Sequence record: OP595145.1
Source of the DNA: Escherichia phage vB_EcoM_DE16
Length of the DNA stretch: 64,000 nt
Strand: one strand, 5' to 3'
Shown: in pieces, positions 17,838-27,317 of the stretch
Layout: the number at the start of each line of letters is the position of its first letter
How positions within the stretch are numbered: the stretch's first letter is position 1
Translations under genes and position numbers: made by a program
The notes under the pieces: model-generated
Database searches by the model: none
What the model saw: only the letters and a program-made list of their open reading frames with translations
What the model was told of the DNA's origin: nothing

Positions 17838-19613
17838 ATAGTTGCTATCCGTAGGCAAATTAGCAGGATTGTTGAAATACTGCTCTTTGTCATGCAGAGT
17901 TGCAGTTCTAATGTCATAGTAAAACTGCCCTGCTGGACCAGTCTCTGAGAACTCACGGTTTTTTAGGATAAAGCAATGAGTCGTATTTCGTTCTACAGGG
18001 TCTTCAGCGGCTTTATCTCGTTCCAAAGCCAAGGTAATACCAGCACCTTTAGCCAAGAAACTACTACCCATTGCATCGTCCTCTGTTAAGTGTTCATTGC
18101 CACCATTAGCCGATTTCTTAACGTGTGAGATGACAATAATAGTTATAGCATACTCTTTCATGATGCGCTTCAACCATGTTGCTAACTCTTCCTGGGCTTG
18201 AACATCCATACCAGAAAGCAAATCAGAATAAGGGTCGATAACAAGAATTGTTACTCCAAAATAGATGATCATCTCCAAAACTTTTTCTTTGATAGACTCC
18301 ACATCTGCTCCACGATCATCACACACATAAAAACGTGGTGATCCATCTTCTCTTTCGTAAAAATCTAGGATTTTTTCTTTATTCTCTTCCAAGATTTGAA
18401 ATTTCTCTTCCGGTGTTTTCCTATGTAGAGGAATGTGCAGGAAAGAGGACAACAGGTTACGAGAATATTTCTTATAGGTTGCTTCCAATGACAGAATACC
18501 GAGGGTATGTTCTGGGTGTGCAACAATAATATGTTTGGTGATCTCGTTCACCATCAAAGTTTTACCGATACTGGTCTTTGCCAGGATGACTGTAATCTCT
18601 TCCTCTACTAAACCACCACCCAGCATATTTGCAGCAACACGCATAAAAGGAGGCAAGGTAATCATCTTGGATTCCAAACATTCTAATGCAGCTTCATACA
18701 AGACATTAGAAGCATAAACACCTGCTGGGGTGTATAGACGAGCACTCCAAAAAGCTTTTACGAAATCCTTTGCACGACCTTCTTCCAGATACTGATTGGC
18801 ATCCTTAAGATCCATCTGCATACGGTAGACTTTGTTACGAGGCAGCACCTTAACAATATTTTCAAATGCCTCATTACCCGCTTTGTCATTATCCATGCAA
18901 ACAATAATCTTCTTAAATTTTTCAAAGAAAGGATATTGTGCCTGAACTTGTTTATACATACTGGTTTCACCAGTTGTGCCACTTACTACTGCTGGAAGCT
19001 CATATTTGTTGTCCAAGTTTTCAGACAGCATTTGATAAGCTGCCAGAGCATCGTGTTCACCACCTGTAATTACCACAGTATGAGAACGATCTGCAAAACG
19101 AATTTGTCCAAAAAGATCTACATCTTTACCTACTTGACCAATAGGTTTACTGAAATCTTTAGGATGAATACGACGCTTAAAACCAACCAATTCTTTACCG
19201 ATGGTAGTCGGATATAAACAACTTTCTACTACCATCTGATCCCCTTCCTGACGGTATTCATAACGAACACCATAGAAAGATGAAACTTTTTCTTTAATGC
19301 CTCGATAACCACGTGGGTTGGTTGATGTTTCTTGAACAATTTTACGATGAATCTGTTTATTAAATTCCGAACCCACAATCTCCTCCTCTTCTTCTAAAAC
19401 TTCACCATTTTCTCGTAACCATTCTACGCTAGGAATAGTGTATTCACACGCAAAGCACTTAGCACCTTTATGCTCTCCATTAGAATCTAATCCATAAACC
19501 ATCAGGTTATTACGAGAGCGATCCTTGCCATTTTTCATGCAGCGCGGACAACCTGTATGCCCTTCCTTGCTAAGATCAACATCAAATCCATATTTAGTTA
19601 TAATGTGCGACAC
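17835..19613 (-). CDS. bifunctional DNA primase/helicase, T7 gp4-like
   Basis: 592 aa; N-terminal Cys4 zinc ribbon (CPRC...CFAC); TOPRIM-like GGEHDALAAYQ; DnaB-type helicase Walker A AKTSIGKT; GTG start after AGGAGAA. Confidence 0.8.
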   Translation of the reverse strand: MSHIITKYGFDVDLSKEGHTGCPRCMKNGKDRSRNNLMVYGLDSNGEHKGAKCFACEYTIPSVEWLRENGEVLEEEEEIVGSEFNKQIHRKIVQETSTNPRGYRGIKEKVSSFYGVRYEYRQEGDQMVVESCLYPTTIGKELVGFKRRIHPKDFSKPIGQVGKDVDLFGQIRFADRSHTVVITGGEHDALAAYQMLSENLDNKYELPAVVSGTTGETSMYKQVQAQYPFFEKFKKIIVCMDNDKAGNEAFENIVKVLPRNKVYRMQMDLKDANQYLEEGRAKDFVKAFWSARLYTPAGVYASNVLYEAALECLESKMITLPPFMRVAANMLGGGLVEEEITVILAKTSIGKTLMVNEITKHIIVAHPEHTLGILSLEATYKKYSRNLLSSFLHIPLHRKTPEEKFQILEENKEKILDFYEREDGSPRFYVCDDRGADVESIKEKVLEMIIYFGVTILVIDPYSDLLSGMDVQAQEELATWLKRIMKEYAITIIVISHVKKSANGGNEHLTEDDAMGSSFLAKGAGITLALERDKAAEDPVERNTTHCFILKNREFSETGPAGQFYYDIRTATLHDKEQYFNNPANLPTDSNY

Positions 19614-19625
19614 TTTGTTCTCCTG

Positions 19626-19904
19626 TTAAAATGGTTCGTTAGTCTCCATCATATATTCTGCTTCTAGTTCTTCCATGTGCTTTCTAAATTGGAAAGCAAT
19701 TTCTGCTACAGTTACATTTAAATCTTTTTCAAAAACTTCTGTAGAGCCTTCGTAAAAACGAATACCGTCAATTAAAAGCCCTCCGTGGTAATCCCAATCA
19801 CTTTCACGAGAAAGCGGGTTAGGCTCTTCATAATAGTAATCCACCTCCACGACTAAGGCTTTCCCGTTACGAGTGGTGTATTCAAAATCAAAAGTGTTAA
19901 TCAT
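19626..19904 (-). CDS. hypothetical protein
   Basis: 92 aa; ATG overlaps upstream stop. Confidence 0.4.
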   Translation of the reverse strand: MINTFDFEYTTRNGKALVVEVDYYYEEPNPLSRESDWDYHGGLLIDGIRFYEGSTEVFEKDLNVTVAEIAFQFRKHMEELEAEYMMETNEPF

Positions 19905-20848
19905 TATAGCTCCTCAAATAAAAGTCTACGACGCTCATTCAACACATCAATGTGATAATGAGTCCTGACATACTTAGCTAATGCTAATCCTTTCTCCATG
20001 CAAACATCGGGAGCACTTAATAAGTATTCCGTAATATCTTTCCACTCGGAAGGTGTTTCAGCAAAGAATAACAGATCTTTAAACTCTTGTGTATGATAAT
20101 TCTCACGAGGAGAACAAATCAAAGGTAAACCCTTAGCACCTGCCTCAAGAATTTTAAGATTGCTTTTTGCATTATTAAACACGTTATCAATCAATGGCGC
20201 AAGACTGACTTGATGACCATCGTAAGATTCCATGTAGTTGGCATATGGTCTTACACCTTCATAAACACAAGTTGGTGCTACATTTTCTCTGATTACAGAC
20301 CATTCACGACTACTTAAAACTTCAGAATCCCTACGAAAACCACATATTGTAAGATCTTTACCAAAATCGGGCAAGATAGCCAAATCTTGTTTATGTGTTT
20401 CACTTCCAGCCCAGACTAATGGAGTTTTGGAGTAGCGATCACGGGTCAACACAAATTGACCTTCATCGTAAGGAAGTCCATTAGGGATTATGTGCACATT
20501 ATCATTGTATTGTGAAAGTTCAACTTGCAAGGCAGGTGTCGTAGTTGTAACAAGGTCACTGTGCTCTAAAAACCATTTTAAATGTTCACGAATACCTGAT
20601 TCAAAAATACCTTCTAACATGTGTCCTTTTGGAATAACTAAAGAGTCATCCAAATCCATAACCATTTTAAAGCCTAGGTTTTTAAGGGCTAAAAAGCCCT
20701 CTTTACCTTTTGTTGGCACTCCGTTAAAAACGAAAACGTTGTGTTTAGGTTGTGAAGAGAACTGCCTTGAGTAAGGCAGCACTACCCTATGGAAATCGCA
20801 GACACTATAATTGATTCCGTTACGATTGTCAAGAATTATTTGTCCCAT
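19904..20848 (-). CDS. glycosyltransferase-like protein (paralog 1 of a tandem pair)
   Basis: 314 aa; shares CDFHRV, NN-x-KSNLKILEAGAKG-x-P and VRTHY blocks with the next gene. Confidence 0.5.
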   Translation of the reverse strand: MGQIILDNRNGINYSVCDFHRVVLPYSRQFSSQPKHNVFVFNGVPTKGKEGFLALKNLGFKMVMDLDDSLVIPKGHMLEGIFESGIREHLKWFLEHSDLVTTTTPALQVELSQYNDNVHIIPNGLPYDEGQFVLTRDRYSKTPLVWAGSETHKQDLAILPDFGKDLTICGFRRDSEVLSSREWSVIRENVAPTCVYEGVRPYANYMESYDGHQVSLAPLIDNVFNNAKSNLKILEAGAKGLPLICSPRENYHTQEFKDLLFFAETPSEWKDITEYLLSAPDVCMEKGLALAKYVRTHYHIDVLNERRRLLFEEL

Positions 20849-20855
20849 ACTTCAC

Positions 20856-21803
20856 CTACAAACTTTCAATAACCTGGCGTCGCAATTCGTTTGCATCTGC
20901 CAGATTATAATGTGTTCGAACATGTTCAGCCAAGAACAAGCCACGATCTTCCCGATAGTTTGGATTGCGAAGAAGCTTAACAATTTCGTAATGCCATTCT
21001 GCTTTATTCTCTGCGTAAGCAACAGCACGAGCATCTACAGGGTTAAAATAAGGTAACACCTTAGAACAAACAATCGGAATACCTTTTGCCCCAGCTTCCA
21101 GGATTTTGAGATTACTTTTGCAATTATTAAAATCATTATCTACCAAAGGAGCTATAGCAATAGCATGACTTTCGTAAACACTCATGTAATTATCTAAATC
21201 TTTTACAGCAGCTTTATATTTAGCGTTTGGTAAATTTCTGCGAATCTTAATCCACTCTTGTCCCGTGATGCTCTGTGATGCTTCATATCCCGCAATAGTA
21301 AGAAGTTCATCATCGAAAGTATTAGAGACTAGTCGTAAGTCGGGTTCGTGACTAGCACCGCCAGCCCATACAACAGGGGTACCGGATGAACGATCATTTG
21401 ACAAAGTGAATTGTCCACTATCAAAAGGAAGTGCATTTCGGATCACAACAACATTCCTATTTAAGTGACGGATCTTATATGCCAAGTATTCCGTAGTCAC
21501 AATAACCACATCAGCAAGCTTAACCATAGCCACAATAGCATGAGTGTTTGACTCGTATAAACTTGCCAAATAATGCTCTGGATTAAGTTGGTAAAAATCA
21601 TCTAAGTCTACAACAATCTTAACACCTTGACGTTTCAAAGATAAAACGTATTCTGCACCTTTAGAGTGGATACGGTTAAACACAACAACATCTTTCTTAG
21701 GTTGAATATTACTGTTGTTAAATGGTATAACAATACGATGATAGTCACAACCGCTGTGAGGTTTTGCATCAATTTTTAGTTTAGACCATTTTTTATTTGA
21801 CAT
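20856..21803 (-). CDS. glycosyltransferase-like protein (paralog 2 of a tandem pair)
   Basis: 315 aa; colinear similarity to 19904..20848 over the whole length (CDYHRI, NNCKSNLKILEAGAKGIPIV, HVRTHY). Confidence 0.5.
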   Translation of the reverse strand: MSNKKWSKLKIDAKPHSGCDYHRIVIPFNNSNIQPKKDVVVFNRIHSKGAEYVLSLKRQGVKIVVDLDDFYQLNPEHYLASLYESNTHAIVAMVKLADVVIVTTEYLAYKIRHLNRNVVVIRNALPFDSGQFTLSNDRSSGTPVVWAGGASHEPDLRLVSNTFDDELLTIAGYEASQSITGQEWIKIRRNLPNAKYKAAVKDLDNYMSVYESHAIAIAPLVDNDFNNCKSNLKILEAGAKGIPIVCSKVLPYFNPVDARAVAYAENKAEWHYEIVKLLRNPNYREDRGLFLAEHVRTHYNLADANELRRQVIESL

Positions 21804-22476
21804 GTGCTAGTGCCTCCTCATAGGAAATTCGGATTTTCCCATTTTTAATATCCTCTAAAGATGCTTTATATTCTTCCCAGTTAATCCCAATAGCAGCTTC
21901 TTTCTCTTCTTTTGTCAGGTTAGCAAAAGGCATAGGATTGTTTCCAAAAACATCGTCTGGGTGGATATAAGCCATGATACGAAGTGGACAAGGTGTTGCC
22001 TGAATACCATGATTCAAACCAGCAGCTTGCAAACGGTGTCCCCATTCAGCATCTTCAAAACCATAACCGTGAGTGTAAGGACGGAAATAACCCATCTTCT
22101 CAACAACGGCACGAGAATACATTGCAAATTGACACATTGCAAGTTCCCAGAGAATAACTTCTCCTTTGCTTCCAACAACTTTATCTTTGAAATACTCCGG
22201 CATACCAAAGAAATCCCATCCTCCAGAAACAGCCTGATCTACAAAGTATGTTTCCCATCCTTCCATGACTGGGTAGCAATCATCGTCAAAAATAAACCAA
22301 TAATCATAACCTTCTTCATAAAACTGGTGCATAAGTTCATTCCTGGCATAAGCTACACCTTTACGATCTGGATCGTTGAATACTCGAAAATCTGCACGTG
22401 GATCTGTTACAAGGTAGTCTTTAAGTGGACGGACACCTACAGTGATAACACCCACTCCGATTTTAATATTTTCCAT
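21793..22476 (-). CDS. glycosyltransferase, GT-A fold-like (DxD)
   Basis: 227 aa; GVAYARNELM...WFIFDDDCYP resembles a nucleotide-sugar transferase DxD region. Confidence 0.45.
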   Translation of the reverse strand: MENIKIGVGVITVGVRPLKDYLVTDPRADFRVFNDPDRKGVAYARNELMHQFYEEGYDYWFIFDDDCYPVMEGWETYFVDQAVSGGWDFFGMPEYFKDKVVGSKGEVILWELAMCQFAMYSRAVVEKMGYFRPYTHGYGFEDAEWGHRLQAAGLNHGIQATPCPLRIMAYIHPDDVFGNNPMPFANLTKEEKEAAIGINWEEYKASLEDIKNGKIRISYEEALAHVK

Positions 22477-22484
22477 TATCTCTC

Positions 22485-23048
22485 CTAAATAGTTTTACTG
22501 TGATCGTGACAGTGTAATAAATGATGTATAGACCGTTGAGGATTTGTTTGACCTAATCTGTAAATGTGGAACAGATACATTCCCCGCATCAATCCTAACC
22601 TTTTTCCTTTTTCGTGTAAAGTGCGAGAGAAAATTAAGTCAAATTGAATAGATTTTTCTTCGAAAGGAATTTCATTCCATAGTGATTTCCTAAAAAGCAA
22701 AAAGAAACCTGCCAGAGGTGTTCCGAAAGGAACTTCTTCAACACTCACTTTATGATATTCTCTTGCAATCTTAGCATATTCTATATGGTTTAGAATATCT
22801 GGATCATCGTTAATTTGGTTAGAGAAAAGCTGATAACCACTGCCTAACCTGTTACAAGTTGCACCTATTACATCAAAAGGCGGGTTTGACATAACAAGCT
22901 CTTCAAGCATAGATGGTTGATCAGGTAGGAGGAACATTGTATCGGTATCTCTTAAACACACCCAACTATCATCTGGAAGAACGGCAATGGCTTCATTGAT
23001 AGCCTTGCCGATATTTCCTGTCAGATAGGGAGTAATATAATAAATCAT
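22485..23048 (-). CDS. putative glycosyltransferase-like protein (DxD-type)
   Basis: 187 aa; WVCLRDTDTMF D-x-D-like motif; weak assignment. Confidence 0.3.
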   Translation of the reverse strand: MIYYITPYLTGNIGKAINEAIAVLPDDSWVCLRDTDTMFLLPDQPSMLEELVMSNPPFDVIGATCNRLGSGYQLFSNQINDDPDILNHIEYAKIAREYHKVSVEEVPFGTPLAGFFLLFRKSLWNEIPFEEKSIQFDLIFSRTLHEKGKRLGLMRGMYLFHIYRLGQTNPQRSIHHLLHCHDHSKTI

Positions 23049-23064
23049 TCTCCCCTCCGTTATA

Positions 23065-23256
23065 TTAACTGTCGGCTACAATCCCACGTTTAATCATTTC
23101 TTGTTGAATCTGGATCACACGATCTCGTGCTTCCATATATTCTTTAAAAGATTCTTGAAGATGGTCACGAGCTACGTCTCGTAGCTTAATCAGTTTGTCG
23201 TTTGTCACTTCTTGAAGAGAGATTTCGCCAGTTTCATTGGTCCCAAGCGTTTTCAT
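23065..23256 (-). CDS. hypothetical protein
   Basis: 63 aa charged helical ORF. Confidence 0.35.
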   Translation of the reverse strand: MKTLGTNETGEISLQEVTNDKLIKLRDVARDHLQESFKEYMEARDRVIQIQQEMIKRGIVADS

Positions 23257-23464
23257 TTACAACCTCCTTAATAGCTACTGCACAGTTCTTACAAATACAT
23301 TGACCTTTGTTCTTAGAAATTTCAATGTAAGGTTCATTTTCGTTTTCTCCGCGTCGTGAGTCGTATATTACTGTATTGAAGCAGACAACGCAAATGTTTT
23401 TAATAACGACATATTTTTGCACTTTCTGTTTAGTGCGAAAATTGACTTCAATGACTTCTCCCAT
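23234..23464 (-). CDS. small zinc-ribbon protein
   Basis: Track ORF trimmed to internal ATG (MGEVIEV...) with GGGGAG RBS and ATGA overlap with upstream stop; CVVC...CKNC. Confidence 0.35.
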   Translation of the reverse strand: MGEVIEVNFRTKQKVQKYVVIKNICVVCFNTVIYDSRRGENENEPYIEISKNKGQCICKNCAVAIKEVVNENAWDQ

Positions 23465-23748
23465 CAGTGAATCTCCCCTAAAATGTTGTTTTGAGACATT
23501 ACTGCGGAGCATTCTACAGCATCATGAGTCCTTGCAAAACGCTCCCACAACACAGCATCTACTTTAAGAACCATACAAGGATAAATACTGTCGTTGATCA
23601 TGTCAATGCTATATTTATCTACATCCTTTTCATCTTCCATAAACAAAGTAGCGTATGCTTCTAAATGCTTACGGGTGTAGTATACATCCTCCTCGGTAAG
23701 ACCGACAACCAGGTAACTTGCTACAACAACAGTATTATCTTCTTGCAT
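23464..23748 (-). CDS. hypothetical protein
   Basis: Track ORF trimmed to internal ATG (MQEDNTVV...) preceded by AGGGGAG, directly after the endolysin stop. Confidence 0.35.
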   Translation of the reverse strand: MQEDNTVVVASYLVVGLTEEDVYYTRKHLEAYATLFMEDEKDVDKYSIDMINDSIYPCMVLKVDAVLWERFARTHDAVECSAVMSQNNILGEIH

Positions 23749-23749
23749 T

Positions 23750-24271
23750 TTAACTCCCCTTTGGTAGATAGAAACCATGCACTTTATCTCGATAAACAAG
23801 ACGCATATCACGTTCCCAGTGTGTCCTTATATTCCGTTTCTTGAAGTATAGAGCACCTTTAGTAACATCTAAAACAGACCGCAATTCAGGAAAATGTTTC
23901 TCTAAATAAAGTAAACGCTCCGCTATTGCTTTTGCTTCCTGCCATTTATCTTTTTCTGTTACGTTAAAAGTTTTCGCATATGAGAATTGCCCTTTCTGGA
24001 ACAAAACTCCTCTGACTGTGTTAGGGAAGTAGGTATCATTTCTTCTGTTGATTACCACATTCCCAACGGCATTCATTCCTTTTTTACCCAGACCGCGACC
24101 TTCTGCGTAAATTGCACAAGCTAATAGAATTTTATCATTATATTGCTTTGTACATTTGTGAACTACTTTAGCGGTTTTTACGTTTGCAGCTTCGGCTTTC
24201 GCCACAACAGGTGTAAATGTAAAAGCAGTTAAGGATAGTAACGCAACTGTTACAAAGTTTTTTATCAGCAA
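23750..24271 (-). CDS. endolysin, SleB/CwlJ-type cell wall hydrolase with N-terminal signal peptide
   Basis: 173 aa; signal-like LLIKNFVTVALLSLTAFTFTPVVAKA; core LACAIYAEGRG...VGNVVINRRNDTYFPNTVRGVLFQKGQFS; TTG start after AAGGAGG. Confidence 0.6.
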   Translation of the reverse strand: MLIKNFVTVALLSLTAFTFTPVVAKAEAANVKTAKVVHKCTKQYNDKILLACAIYAEGRGLGKKGMNAVGNVVINRRNDTYFPNTVRGVLFQKGQFSYAKTFNVTEKDKWQEAKAIAERLLYLEKHFPELRSVLDVTKGALYFKKRNIRTHWERDMRLVYRDKVHGFYLPKGS

Positions 24272-24332
24272 ATTTTGCCTCCTTTTTAAGTTAACGAATT
24301 TCTAGTATAACACGATAGAGGCTTTATTGCAA

Positions 24333-24352
24333 GAGGGGGATTTCTCCCCCTC
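24333..24352 (-). other. intergenic GC hairpin
   Basis: GAGGGGGA-TTTC-TCCCCCTC stem-loop between TerD-like gene and endolysin; no clear U-tract. Confidence 0.35.
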
Positions 24353-24370
24353 AAAATCATTTGTTAATTA

Positions 24371-24973
24371 TTATGGACATTCATACCATTCTTTTTTACC
24401 ACCGAAGGCCATCACCACATCACAAATATCCAGACCAGCTTTACCTACACCATATGCTTTCAGCTTCCATTCTCCATCTTCACGAACCAAGGAAGCCACG
24501 TGGCAGATTGTGTTGCCAGCTACTTCAGGAGCCAGGAAGTCAAAATCCAGAATTTCCACATTGCGCTCGGAGTCGAAGATTTTAAGCATACCTTCAGAAG
24601 CATGACCAAAACGTTTCAGACCTGTATCATCATCAATGGTCAGAACAAAGGCAATCTCTTGTGCATCAGGAGAGATTTTAGCCAGAGTAATATCAATCTG
24701 CTCCATGCTGCCAGTTCCATCACGAACATCATCACCAGCGAAGGTAGAACGTTCAGGATCAAACTTGTTAGCATAGCAAACCAGATGACGTGCAGACAGC
24801 ATTTCAGGATTGCCAGCGGCATTGTGACGACAAACCAGTGCACTTACATCCAGGTCCAGTTTAGAATCAGATTTCCAAGAGAATTCCAGGCGCAGTTCTT
24901 TCAGAGCCGGAGCAACTTTCTTCAGGGAAATTTTTTCGCTAGAGCCTTTTTTCAGGGAAATTTTATCAGTCAT
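24371..24973 (-). CDS. terD: TerD-family protein
   Basis: 200 aa; N-terminal KISLKKGSSEKISLKK repeat, LDLDVSALV, GDDVRDGTGS, EIAFVLTIDD and GEWKLKAYGVG match the bacterial TerD pattern. Confidence 0.75.
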   Translation of the reverse strand: MTDKISLKKGSSEKISLKKVAPALKELRLEFSWKSDSKLDLDVSALVCRHNAAGNPEMLSARHLVCYANKFDPERSTFAGDDVRDGTGSMEQIDITLAKISPDAQEIAFVLTIDDDTGLKRFGHASEGMLKIFDSERNVEILDFDFLAPEVAGNTICHVASLVREDGEWKLKAYGVGKAGLDICDVVMAFGGKKEWYECP

Positions 24974-24988
24974 CTTTTGTCTCCTCTA

Positions 24989-25258
24989 TTATTTAAGTGT
25001 AATACCAGTTACAGTCAATTCTACTTCCAAAAGCTTAGATGTGTTTTGGATTGATACTAATTGTGCATGATGGTTTAGTTCTACAGCAGAATAATCATTC
25101 TCCCCATCATCTACTTTTAAATAAACAATAACTTCACTAAGGTCTAAACCATTTTCGTCAAATGCAGTTTCATAGACGAAAGTATCTCCTACATCCAAAT
25201 CTTTAATGGTAAGGCATCGTTTATTTACTTTTTGCTCATCAATTTCGAAGTTTAACAC
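24989..25258 (-). CDS. hypothetical protein (paralog A, C-terminus ...LEVELTVTGITLK)
   Basis: 89 aa; GTG start after AGGAGG; directly upstream of terD; paralog of 26280..26558. Confidence 0.4.
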   Translation of the reverse strand: MLNFEIDEQKVNKRCLTIKDLDVGDTFVYETAFDENGLDLSEVIVYLKVDDGENDYSAVELNHHAQLVSIQNTSKLLEVELTVTGITLK

Positions 25259-25487
25259 TTCTTCCTCCTAATGTTATCTCCGGTTTGTATATACGAAGAA
25301 TTATAGCATTTTCATTTTCTTTGTCAACCCATTCTTCATAATCGGGCCATACATGAATCTCTACTCTATTCGCAATATCTTCCATCCGCACAGTCCCAAT
25401 GAAATACTCTTTGAGACTGCGCATAATGAAAGCTTCTCTCTCGCGCCAATAATTTTCTACGACTTGAGAGGCAAGCTCGTCGATCAT
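25239..25487 (-). CDS. hypothetical protein
   Basis: 82 aa; ATGA overlap with upstream stop. Confidence 0.35.
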   Translation of the reverse strand: MIDELASQVVENYWREREAFIMRSLKEYFIGTVRMEDIANRVEIHVWPDYEEWVDKENENAIILRIYKPEITLGGRSVKLRN

Positions 25488-26278
25488 TTTTTAGCACCTA
25501 CTTTAACAACCCACTCTCCGAACTCTTCAGATAAGAGTTTGTCATAAAGCTCTGAATCTGTCAAGTCTAAATCTTTAATGCCAATAAAACCAACATTATC
25601 ATAAGCATTTGCCAGTTCTTTCAGGAAGCCAAACTTCTCATTACCAACGCCAACCATGAACCAATAGATAGGCTTATTCTTATTTTCTTCAATAAGACGA
25701 CGAACAGCACTAGGATCACCATTCTCACCATCTGTCTGGAAGAATACAACACCAGGGGTAACGTCAGCACCTGGTTCAGATACAGCTACAACCTTTTCAC
25801 GCTCTACAGACACTGTTTCAGTTTTACCAAGCAGACGATTAAAGAAGCCTTTCTTTGGAGCCTCCTCTTGTACCACTTGTTTAGTGGTAATATATTTGGT
25901 AACAGTGCCAAAATACTCATCGTAGATATCTGCCATTACAGGGGCGTAATTTGTTCCACCTCCGATACGAACATTACGCATACATTTACCAACATAGTCA
26001 TCGTAAACGTCTGCTGTTGCTGGAGTAAGCTCTTGAGAACTCGTATTGAAGGCCCACATGTCAATTTGTTCATTATCGTCGAACAGCATACCAAAAGGAA
26101 GCAGTTTACCTACAAAATCACTCACTACCCCACGAGCATATAGACTATGCATACTACCAGAAATATCTAGAGCACATGCTACACGAAGAACAATCTTACC
26201 TTCATTCAGGTTCTTATTCTTTTTCAGAGAGAAAGCAAGGTTTTCTTGACGTTTTTTCAGGCTGATTTTCTCGGACAT
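25484..26278 (-). CDS. von Willebrand factor A (vWA) domain protein with TerD-like N-terminal repeat (TerY-like)
   Basis: 264 aa; N-terminal MSEKISLKKRQENLAFSLKK; MIDAS motif ALDISGSM. Confidence 0.65.
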   Translation of the reverse strand: MSEKISLKKRQENLAFSLKKNKNLNEGKIVLRVACALDISGSMHSLYARGVVSDFVGKLLPFGMLFDDNEQIDMWAFNTSSQELTPATADVYDDYVGKCMRNVRIGGGTNYAPVMADIYDEYFGTVTKYITTKQVVQEEAPKKGFFNRLLGKTETVSVEREKVVAVSEPGADVTPGVVFFQTDGENGDPSAVRRLIEENKNKPIYWFMVGVGNEKFGFLKELANAYDNVGFIGIKDLDLTDSELYDKLLSEEFGEWVVKVGAKK

Positions 26279-26279
26279 A

Positions 26280-26558
26280 TTATTTCTCCTTCTTAAGTGT
26301 AATGTTGGTAACTTCTAAATCTACTTCCACCATATTTGTATCTGGTGGGATACAATGAGTATAGCCTCGTTGTGCTAGTGATCCATTAATACAAATCGCA
26401 CTGTTTGTGGAATTTTTAATGAACACCAAGTTACGGTAGGTATCCAACCCTGCGTCTTCATAGGCATCATAATACATGAATGTGGCCCCTATGCCAAGAT
26501 CTTCGAAAGCAATAGGCAAATCCTGACACTTTTCTTCTTGAATATTGAATCTAAACAC
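26280..26558 (-). CDS. hypothetical protein (paralog B, C-terminus ...VEVDLEVTNITLKKEK)
   Basis: Track ORF trimmed to GTG preceded by GAGGAGG; colinear with paralog A; directly upstream of the vWA gene. Confidence 0.35.
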   Translation of the reverse strand: MFRFNIQEEKCQDLPIAFEDLGIGATFMYYDAYEDAGLDTYRNLVFIKNSTNSAICINGSLAQRGYTHCIPPDTNMVEVDLEVTNITLKKEK

Positions 26559-27114
26559 GCATACCTCCTCTACCAATTTTGAAGCCCAAATCGTAAGCTT
26601 CCTTAGTGATCTTTTGTAACTCACTTATAGGAAGTGTTACAAGAGGATCATCTTCTTCAATTTCCATCTTGTCATCTTCTGTTTCAATGAGAGTATTATG
26701 CACTTTGTGATAAGGGTTGTCAACACGTTTAAACTTATTCTTTTCTGTGCTGAAAAAACAATCTGGATCTTCTTCACCATCACCCCAACCTTGGTTAGGA
26801 TCTCCGTCAGATTGTTCTGTAGGGATTTCACCTGTAAAGTACTCTTCCAGCACCATAGCAATACCGTCCCTTGGATTTGAGGAATGCATTAAATCACAAA
26901 CCTTACCCCAATCCATAGCCCATTCGAACCGTTCACGAACGCCATTTTCATCCTCCTTTCCAGAGAAAACACAACCATAACTATCATAGTTGCCATACAT
27001 CTCTTCAATAACAACACCATCCTTCAAAAGAAAGAGATAACAAGGTGATCCGTCGAAAGAAGTAGAAAGGGCAGCTTTGCCAGATTCCTTACACAAAAAA
27101 CTAAAACAACCCAT
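26551..27114 (-). CDS. hypothetical protein
   Basis: 187 aa; acidic, Cys-containing; ATG start. Confidence 0.4.
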   Translation of the reverse strand: MGCFSFLCKESGKAALSTSFDGSPCYLFLLKDGVVIEEMYGNYDSYGCVFSGKEDENGVRERFEWAMDWGKVCDLMHSSNPRDGIAMVLEEYFTGEIPTEQSDGDPNQGWGDGEEDPDCFFSTEKNKFKRVDNPYHKVHNTLIETEDDKMEIEEDDPLVTLPISELQKITKEAYDLGFKIGRGGMRV

Positions 27115-27317
27115 TACAAACCCTCCTTCAGATTATCAAGAGCTACAGTGGTTTCACAAAAGTCTCCATACGTTTTATGATGTTCCAGAAAAGCTTCGGG
27201 TCCACCCCAATCATTATCTTGTGTATTCCAGCCATCAATAAAAGCATCTTCAATGATTGTGATCAGTTCTTGTCGGGTTAACTGGATAATATCAGGATCG
27301 TTATCGTAGTTAAACAT
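27114..27317 (-). CDS. hypothetical protein
   Basis: 67 aa; start overlaps upstream stop. Confidence 0.35.
   Translation of the reverse strand: MFNYDNDPDIIQLTRQELITIIEDAFIDGWNTQDNDWGGPEAFLEHHKTYGDFCETTVALDNLKEGL

Noticed and set aside
21961-22488. Track ORF of 175 aa on the plus strand across the glycosyltransferase genes
   Set aside because: Antisense to two motif-bearing GT-like genes; no RBS; skewed composition
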